Source of the DNA: a virus
Taxonomy: Duplodnaviria > Caudoviricetes
DNA: 26,127 bases
Reading direction: 5' to 3' (one strand)
Virus record (IMG/VR): IMGVR_UViG_3300047374_000214
Coordinates: 1 to 26,127 of that record
Both the position numbers and the translations under genes were made by a program. Below are positions 1 through 6,286 of the stretch, piece by piece. How positions within the stretch are numbered: the first letter of the stretch is position 1; each line of letters starts with the position of its first letter. Below the pieces are notes generated by a model. That model was not told the DNA's origin and searched no databases. It saw only the letters and a list, made by a program, of their open reading frames with translations.

Positions 1-259
1 TAATATCGTCGGCTGTCTTAATGTATCTCTTAATTTTTGCGAACTCGTTCTTAGAGTAATCTCCAACTGAAGATTTCCAATCGGGTTGATGAACTAGCGT
101 CACATCAGAGAAAGTACTTATTTCTTCTTGACGTTTTTGCTCGGCCTTTGTACCAGAGCCAGCTTTAATATATGAGATAAATTGATATTCATTCGTGTCA
201 GATTGCCAGACACAAATACCAGGGGAATTAAGCGAGAAGTCAACAGTAACTAAATTCAA
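1..259 (-). CDS. ruvC: RuvC-like Holliday junction resolvase, N-terminal part (runs off the window edge; TTG start)
   Basis: Not in the ORF track; translated by hand from TTG at 259-257: MNLVTVDFSLNSPGICVWQSDTNEYQFISYIKAG...KIKRYIKTADDI, open to position 1. The N-terminal hhhhD(F/Y)SLxSPGIC pattern matches the first catalytic-Asp strand of phage RuvC-like nucleases (RNase H fold). It starts 1 nt after the upstream TAA. Confidence 0.72.
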   Translation of the reverse strand, partial: MNLVTVDFSLNSPGICVWQSDTNEYQFISYIKAGSGTKAEQKRQEEISTFSDVTLVHQPDWKSSVGDYSKNEFAKIKRYIKTADDI

Positions 260-260
260 A

Positions 261-632
261 TTAGAATCTTTTACCCATCGCAGCACCAAGAGCGGCACCG
301 ACTAATCTGGAGGTTAATAGATCGTAGAATATACCTTTTTGAATACCTAGTACTTTAGCTAACATCTTACCGATAGATTTTCCTAAGGCAAAACCGGTTA
401 AACCACCGATAATAGAACCTAAAAGACCTTCTTCAACTAGATCTTCTTCTAATCTGTCTAAATCAAATTCACCAGTCTCTTCATTTAAGTATTGTTTTAC
501 AAACTCTTCTAGAGCTTGGTCAACTTTTTCCTCTAATTCAGGAGTCCACTCAGACTGTAGGCCTTCTGTTAATAGAGCCATATCAGTTTCTGTGAGTTGT
601 TGTTCAACTAAGTAATCATTAAATGTTTTCAT
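261..632 (-). CDS. Putative internal head/ejection protein: capsid-targeting-like N-terminus, acidic pro-region and C-terminal glycine-zipper amphipathic peptide
   Basis: 123-aa ORF. MKTFNDYLVE resembles the T4 internal-protein targeting sequence MKTYQEFIAE. There are 8 L-x-E motifs in residues 1-68. Residues 69-123 are hydrophobic and cationic, with small residues every 4th position. The ORF is secure; the function is inferred. Confidence 0.6.
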   Translation of the reverse strand: MKTFNDYLVEQQLTETDMALLTEGLQSEWTPELEEKVDQALEEFVKQYLNEETGEFDLDRLEEDLVEEGLLGSIIGGLTGFALGKSIGKMLAKVLGIQKGIFYDLLTSRLVGAALGAAMGKRF

Positions 633-636
633 AATG

Positions 637-644
637 TATATATC
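637..644 (-). promoter_or_regulatory. Candidate late promoter GATATATA (TATAAATA-like -10 element)
   Basis: The minus strand reads TAA ACGATATATACATT ATG across a 14-bp gap. The same 8-mer occurs in the only long gap (14836-14843). Confidence 0.6.
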
Positions 645-646
645 GT

Positions 647-1198
647 TTAATCTATTTCTAATCTTAGGTCGAGTTTATTATAGAAGAATGTACATTCAAA
701 TGTACTAAAGTCTGCTACATTTTCAGCCATGTTTAGATTTAACTCATTAATTGAGTTCATAATTATTTTATTGAATTCCATATAAGCTACAGAGGCACCT
801 TCCGCATCTAGAATTCTAAGAGTCATCGGTTCAATATATGGCTCTTTAGTTTGTCTTGCGTAATAATATAGAAGCGTATCCATCATAACCCAATAATTAA
901 TAAACCCATCTAATAACTGAAACGTAACCGTAAATTCTCTAGTTATTGTATTTTGGATTGGAACAGCTCCTCTATGGTATCTTGTTGTTCCATCATTATC
1001 GGCTTGCGTAATTGGGTCAAACGATATACCAGGAATATTAAGGCCTTGAATAGAGTAATTGACAAAATCAATTGGTTCTGCTAACAGACCGCCTGGCACT
1101 TTATTCAAATATGCTCTGTACTTCTCAGCCACTTCATCAGGGATAAAGTTTCTTGGGAATCTAAAATCGTATGCGTTATTTCTACTATTTAATACCAT
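647..1198 (-). CDS. Tail completion / tube terminator protein, T4 gp3-like (tail-tube fold)
   Basis: 183 aa with SIQGLNIPGIS, FTVTFQLLDGFINYWVM, TLRILD and a C-terminal FECTFFY. The order and spacing of these motifs and the size fit the gp3/gp19 tube-fold family. Confidence 0.62.
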   Translation of the reverse strand: MVLNSRNNAYDFRFPRNFIPDEVAEKYRAYLNKVPGGLLAEPIDFVNYSIQGLNIPGISFDPITQADNDGTTRYHRGAVPIQNTITREFTVTFQLLDGFINYWVMMDTLLYYYARQTKEPYIEPMTLRILDAEGASVAYMEFNKIIMNSINELNLNMAENVADFSTFECTFFYNKLDLRLEID

Positions 1199-3294
1199 TA
1201 GCTAAGTGTGAATTTACCTTTTGTTACCATGGTTTCATCTGTGCCATTATCTAAACTAATATAGAATGTCTTAGATTTCATACCTCTAATTGTGTTAGCG
1301 TTCTGTTCGTTAATCTTAAATAAGACTTCACCTTTACCCATATCAATATCTTTATTATAGACATGGTTAAACTTCAATTTGGTATTACCATCGTTAAAGG
1401 TTAATATCACTAGCTCTGCATTTTCAAAAGAGATATATTCAAAATCATCACCTCTCTTTTTAGCAATAACAAATTTTACATAAGTTGCGAATGGGGGGAT
1501 TGAAATACTTAAGTCTCCTTCATTTACGAACTCTGAAGTTTCTAATTCTTCAACGCTTGCTAATAATTCACTACCAACACCACTACCAGAGCCAGAACCA
1601 GAACTTAATCTTTGTAAGTCTACTCTAGCACTAGATGCAATTACATTATATCTTTCTAAAAAGACTGGTACATATTTTACGGGTCTAGGTAGATTATCAG
1701 TAATAAAACCCTCTACTGTTTTATTAGAAGTTAAACTAGGTAATATATTATAGACTTCTGTCATTATATTAGGACTATCAATCTTTAATCTAGCTAATTT
1801 CTTTCCGTATCTAGAAGCTTGTGAAGTTGTTAAACTTGCTCTCTTTGTAATTTGAGTATTATCTGTTTGATTGTAAATTCTCATAGTTACATCAATTGAG
1901 AAGTTTACAGCATTATTTGCATTTTGAATCACTGGCCTAAAAGTAATAGGAGTACTAAAATCTTCATATTGAGTAAATGTATTACTTGAAGTTTTAATTT
2001 GTGATGTACCAACTTGTTCAAATACATCAACATCAAATATTACAACAATATCATCTGATGAGGACTGAATTCTACTTAAAATATGTCCCTCAAATCCGGC
2101 AATAGAATTATCCTTCTCACCGTAAATTTTAAAGTAGTCTCCATCTTCTGCATCTTCTACTGCTACAGTAAAATCAACAAACTCATCTTCTCTAGAAACA
2201 GTGAATGAATTCTCTTCTCCAGTATAAACAAAATCATATCCGTTTAAAGTCTGTAATCTATCTAAAAGTTTAAATGAAATGTTATAGTTAGATAGAGTAT
2301 TTAAGTCACTTCCATTAATAGTTCCATCACCATAAAATCTATCTAAGAACTCTTGGTTCTGTCCAACTAATGCTGGAATTTTAATATTAATATATTTAGA
2401 CCAAAGAGTTTCGCCTAAGATAAAAGGCCTAGGGTTTGAAAACTCATAGTTACTTTGATTCAAATAAACTAATTGAGTTAAAAAGTTTTTAACTTGTGTT
2501 TGTCTATCAACACTAACTTCAAATAGGAAACCTTCATAACCTCTAGCATCAAATGAAAAACCAGATCTTAAATGAAGTCTTACTGTATCATATAGAATAA
2601 AATTAATATTATCAGTAGCTTCTTGTTGATAATTCAACATATCATTCTCTCTAGAACCTGTCCACTCTATAGAATTGTTAATGAAATTATGCATCTCATA
2701 GTTCCCTGTTGAATCATAACCTAATAGTGCATATTTAGTTTTATCATCACCAGGTACATTGACTGCATGGTATCTACCAATTGTTTGGTTAATATCATTT
2801 CCTGTTGCTTCATCTGGTGAAGCAAATAGCGGATTAGCTCTAGTATCTACAATAATCTTACCACCCTTTAAATTAGGGTATGAATATTCTATAGTACCGT
2901 TTATTGATGGAGTAAACTCTCCTAGTTGAGTTATTGCAGAATATGTATAAATACCTAAATCCCCACTAATTGAAAAATCAGCAGGATTAGAAAGAGCACT
3001 TAAATCAAATTTGTAAGTTTTACCATTTTGTAATAGTAAAGTTCTAGCAGCAAAATTTTCTACTGCTAAATAACCAGATATTTCTGTGACGTCAAAGTTT
3101 ACAACATCACTACCTAACTCATTAATTAAATGACGAGTACCGAATGGGTTGCCTTGTTCCACATCTAAGAACTTAACCTCACTACCATTATCATCTACCT
3201 CTATTCGAAACTTCTCAGGATCGTTTTGGTCGTGGTAAATAAACTCAAGTAGAATGTCTTGGTCTATCCTAAAATATCTTGATGATTGTGCCAT
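1198..3294 (-). CDS. Hypothetical virion structural protein (698 aa, beta-rich)
   Basis: Long ORF in the tail/baseplate operon with a TAATG overlap into the gp3-like gene. It is acidic and N/D/F-rich, with an SGSGSGSG tract. No family was recognised with confidence. Confidence 0.55.
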   Translation of the reverse strand: MAQSSRYFRIDQDILLEFIYHDQNDPEKFRIEVDDNGSEVKFLDVEQGNPFGTRHLINELGSDVVNFDVTEISGYLAVENFAARTLLLQNGKTYKFDLSALSNPADFSISGDLGIYTYSAITQLGEFTPSINGTIEYSYPNLKGGKIIVDTRANPLFASPDEATGNDINQTIGRYHAVNVPGDDKTKYALLGYDSTGNYEMHNFINNSIEWTGSRENDMLNYQQEATDNINFILYDTVRLHLRSGFSFDARGYEGFLFEVSVDRQTQVKNFLTQLVYLNQSNYEFSNPRPFILGETLWSKYINIKIPALVGQNQEFLDRFYGDGTINGSDLNTLSNYNISFKLLDRLQTLNGYDFVYTGEENSFTVSREDEFVDFTVAVEDAEDGDYFKIYGEKDNSIAGFEGHILSRIQSSSDDIVVIFDVDVFEQVGTSQIKTSSNTFTQYEDFSTPITFRPVIQNANNAVNFSIDVTMRIYNQTDNTQITKRASLTTSQASRYGKKLARLKIDSPNIMTEVYNILPSLTSNKTVEGFITDNLPRPVKYVPVFLERYNVIASSARVDLQRLSSGSGSGSGVGSELLASVEELETSEFVNEGDLSISIPPFATYVKFVIAKKRGDDFEYISFENAELVILTFNDGNTKLKFNHVYNKDIDMGKGEVLFKINEQNANTIRGMKSKTFYISLDNGTDETMVTKGKFTLS

Positions 3295-3297
3295 GTT

Positions 3298-4104
3298 TTA
3301 AAATTGTAAAAATTTCGGTGACCAATATAATCCAACACCTATCGAAGGCCCTGTACTAATTACTTGGTTATTATTTAAGTTAATACCATATCCAACACCA
3401 AAGCCAACTAACCATCTAGATTTCTTTTGGTCCTGTCTATTTAATCTGCTATTAACTAAGTTTATGTTTTCAATATCTTTAATCTCTAACCCAGGGTAGC
3501 TTGTAGATAATTTTAATCTATCAGCACCATCTACGTTCTCAATTGCTGCCATTAAGCTTAGAGTTTGTGTTAACTCAAATTTAGTTTCTAATACTTTAAA
3601 CTGTTCAAATTCATATTTAAAGGTAGAAAACCCTGTTAATTCTCTAGAGTTACCATTGCCAAAATCTTCAGCAGATGAAAATGTAACTTTAGTAGTTGTC
3701 GTGTCTATAGTCTCAGTTGTAGTAGTTACGTTTAGACTATCTTTAATTTCTAAGTTAGCTGAGATTAACGAGTTAACCTCTTTTAAATCTTTATTTAATG
3801 CTAACGCTTTCTGATACTTCTTCGTTAACTTAGCTTGACTAGATTGCATATTTGATAAATCAAATTCATACGATCTAATCTGAGCAAGCTGATCGCCATT
3901 ATCATTCCTTAATATTGTAACAGAGTCTTGAGCTGCTTTAAAATTATTAAGTTGTCTACCAGCATCTTCTTGTGCTAACTTGACATCTTGTTTTAAATTC
4001 TCAATACTATTACACTGTCTAAGAAATAACATAACGACAAGAGCTCCAGCGATAAATGTCACTAGAGTCTTGTTCGAGAGTATATTTTTTATTTTGTCTT
4101 TCAT
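3298..4104 (-). CDS. Membrane-anchored coiled-coil protein with C-terminal Gly/aromatic beta-hairpin; candidate spanin-like lysis protein
   Basis: 268 aa. It has a basic N-terminus, a hydrophobic segment at aa 14-28 and a single Cys31, then a helical/coiled-coil region. It ends KKSRWLVGFGVGYG...GPSIGVGLYWSPKFLQF, a tail pattern I recall from Bacteroidota phage proteins found near lysis genes. Confidence 0.5.
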   Translation of the reverse strand: MKDKIKNILSNKTLVTFIAGALVVMLFLRQCNSIENLKQDVKLAQEDAGRQLNNFKAAQDSVTILRNDNGDQLAQIRSYEFDLSNMQSSQAKLTKKYQKALALNKDLKEVNSLISANLEIKDSLNVTTTTETIDTTTTKVTFSSAEDFGNGNSRELTGFSTFKYEFEQFKVLETKFELTQTLSLMAAIENVDGADRLKLSTSYPGLEIKDIENINLVNSRLNRQDQKKSRWLVGFGVGYGINLNNNQVISTGPSIGVGLYWSPKFLQF

Positions 4105-4110
4105 AATTTA

Positions 4111-6282
4111 TTAATTGCCGGAGCATAGTGTACTAAGATTTGTAATCAATAATTGTGGTGGAACATAGGTTCCAGAAGAACCTGTAATAGTTCCAGGTAC
4201 TGCACAAATATATTGAGTTTGGTACGGTGATACTGTTGTAGTCATCATAATACCAAATCCATTTCTATACATAATACTTCCACTAATGTAAGAAGAATTC
4301 TGTACAGTATGGTTCATAGCTAAAGTTCCGCTACCGCTACCACTACCTGAACTTGATTGGGTTGTAGCTGGCGTCATATTAGCACTCCATCTAGCATATA
4401 ACTGTAATTCATCATAAATACCATCCGAGCCTGTAAATGCACTTGTCGGTGGCGTTGCGCCTGGGTTATATGATGTACCTGTTCCCATGTAACTAGTATT
4501 CCATACATCAAATGTGTAACCAGTTCTAGTAAATGGATTATTAGCTACTGTTAAACCTGCACCGCCAGTATTACCACTTCCAATTCCTGACCCAGTACCA
4601 CCATTAGCATCATAACTAATTTTATATTGTGGCGATCCTACTGCAGTATCTTGAACAATTAATTGTTCCCCTGCATTACTATATCCACTAGGTATGTTAA
4701 GAACCAAAGAATAAGTATGTGTCCCTTCTACTAATGAGCTAGGGTTAAACGTTACTACACCAGGGCCATTCTCTGCCCAAGTATACTGTGCACTAGTACC
4801 TTCTAAACCGTTAGCAACGGATAGGTTAGCCATTCCCACTGTATATTCTGGTAACGTTGTAGCCGCAGTTGCTTGCGTTGTAGCTGCAGTTGCTTGCGTT
4901 GTAGCCGCAGTTGCTTGCGTTGTAGCAGAAGTTGCTTGCGTTGTAGCCGCAGTTGCTTGCGTTGTAGCATTTGCACCTACTTGAATAATACCAACATTTT
5001 CAGTTACATTAGAATTACCTGGGTGTGTGATTGTAATTGTACCAGTTCTTTGATTTGTACCTGTATTTTCTGAAACTGTAAATTCAGCTCTATTATTATT
5101 TGCACCTCCAGAATAAGTATTAAATGTCAACCAAGATGGTGCTGAAACTAAACTAGAATTTAAAAGCTGACCTGCAACTCCGTCAATTAAATAAAGGAAA
5201 CTTCCACTAGCTGCATCCGAAGATACACCTGAACTTGGATTCCATGATAATCCATCAAACTCAATAGTTTGTGCAACGGTTGTGGCTGCAGTTGAATTTG
5301 TTGTAGCTGAAGTTGCATTAGTTGTAGTTGCAACAGCACCCGTCCAAGGATCTCCATTAACATCTACTTCAACATCTTCTCCATTTGTAATTTCAATTGA
5401 ATTACCATATAAAGACCCGTCGTAATTTACTACAATATCATCTACAGGGTCAAGGGTAATCGTACCACTAAATCCGCCACCTCCACATGGAGACATACAG
5501 AATGGAGTCCATGTAGTATTACCGATTCCATCTGCAACAGCTCCCCAAAACTGATTAGCATAATATCTAATCATACCAGCTTCAGGAGAACCAATTATAC
5601 TTTCAGGTAGTTTAAATGTAGAATTAGCACCTATAAAATAAGCATCAGTACCAAAACCGTCATTACCAATTGAAAACTTATCAGTACCTAAACTAAACTC
5701 AACGGTTTGAGCTGTATTAGTAGGTCCAAAAGTTTCAGCAAGTTTATATCTTACAAAAGGATCGCCATTATTATCTACATCTTCTTCTGATACAAGAGTA
5801 ATACCAACGTTATCATTAGTACCACTTACTTGACCGTGCCAAAATGTAACTAATTCATCTGAAAAATTACTTCCACCCTGTGCATGTTTACCGATAACTA
5901 AAGTAGATCTTAAATCTAATTGACCATTATTTCCGTTTACATTATCATAAGTCTGATCTCCTAAAAAGATTATAGGGTGATAATTATCGTTCTCTAATTT
6001 AGGCTTAAGTATTACATACTCTGGGTTTACATCATTACTTGGGTTAATTGCAATAGTTTCCCATCTAGAAGTTGTAGTTCCAGTTTCACCCTTTAAACCT
6101 TGAGCACCTTTTTGTCCTTTAGCACCAGTTTGTCCAACTGATCCGGGATTTCCTTTTAAACCTTTTTGTCCTATTGGCCCACCTCCATTTGCAAGAATCT
6201 GGTCAAAGTTATAGTTAACCTTTTCCCACTTGATCTGGCTTGAGTCGCTAGGATGTAGTATTTCTTGAATGTTAATGGCCAT
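4111..6282 (-). CDS. Tail fibre / adhesin-like virion protein (collagen + BACON-like + Thr-rich stalk + Listeria-Bacteroides repeat)
   Basis: 723 aa. Features: N-terminal SDSxxxxxxKVNYNF attachment-type motif; 12 Gly-X-Y triplets (aa 35-70); fibre motif PEAGMIRY...W; BACON signature APSWL...ENTGTNQRTGTITI...Q; ATTQATA repeats; ISYDANGG...FTRTGYTFDVWNT...LYARW (Flg_new / InlB B-repeat type). Confidence 0.75.
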   Translation of the reverse strand: MAINIQEILHPSDSSQIKWEKVNYNFDQILANGGGPIGQKGLKGNPGSVGQTGAKGQKGAQGLKGETGTTTSRWETIAINPSNDVNPEYVILKPKLENDNYHPIIFLGDQTYDNVNGNNGQLDLRSTLVIGKHAQGGSNFSDELVTFWHGQVSGTNDNVGITLVSEEDVDNNGDPFVRYKLAETFGPTNTAQTVEFSLGTDKFSIGNDGFGTDAYFIGANSTFKLPESIIGSPEAGMIRYYANQFWGAVADGIGNTTWTPFCMSPCGGGGFSGTITLDPVDDIVVNYDGSLYGNSIEITNGEDVEVDVNGDPWTGAVATTTNATSATTNSTAATTVAQTIEFDGLSWNPSSGVSSDAASGSFLYLIDGVAGQLLNSSLVSAPSWLTFNTYSGGANNNRAEFTVSENTGTNQRTGTITITHPGNSNVTENVGIIQVGANATTQATAATTQATSATTQATAATTQATAATTQATAATTLPEYTVGMANLSVANGLEGTSAQYTWAENGPGVVTFNPSSLVEGTHTYSLVLNIPSGYSNAGEQLIVQDTAVGSPQYKISYDANGGTGSGIGSGNTGGAGLTVANNPFTRTGYTFDVWNTSYMGTGTSYNPGATPPTSAFTGSDGIYDELQLYARWSANMTPATTQSSSGSGSGSGTLAMNHTVQNSSYISGSIMYRNGFGIMMTTTVSPYQTQYICAVPGTITGSSGTYVPPQLLITNLSTLCSGN
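4855..4968. repeat. 21-bp coding tandem repeat (5 full copies + partial) encoding (ATTQATA)n
   Basis: Unit CGTTGTAGCCGCAGTTGCTTG starts at 4855, 4876, 4897, 4918 and 4939, with a partial copy at 4960. Copies differ by 0-2 substitutions and there are no spacers. Confidence 0.95.
6073..6180 (-). repeat. Collagen-like (Gly-X-Y)12 segment in the 723-aa fibre
   Basis: GPI GQK GLK GNP GSV GQT GAK GQK GAQ GLK GET GTT. Confidence 0.9.
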
Positions 6283-6286
6283 GTCC

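Noticed and set aside
261-632. Holin call for the 123-aa hydrophobic protein
   Set aside because: The hydrophobic part is Lys-interrupted and amphipathic and is preceded by a 68-aa acidic LxE-rich region with a capsid-targeting-like start. No endolysin is adjacent. A holin role is not formally excluded.
4111-4400. Diversity-generating retroelement target at the fibre C-terminus
   Set aside because: No template/variable repeat pair or reverse transcriptase is visible in the window, and no C-type-lectin-like ending was recognised.
4855-4968. CRISPR array
   Set aside because: The repeats are head-to-tail with no spacers and lie in frame within a gene; there are no cas genes.
4873-5073. 66-aa Cys/Arg-rich + strand ORF (RCSRSCL repeats) resembling a metallothionein or toxin
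   Set aside because: It is the antisense reading of the 21-bp ATTQATA repeat inside the 723-aa gene, with no independent signals.
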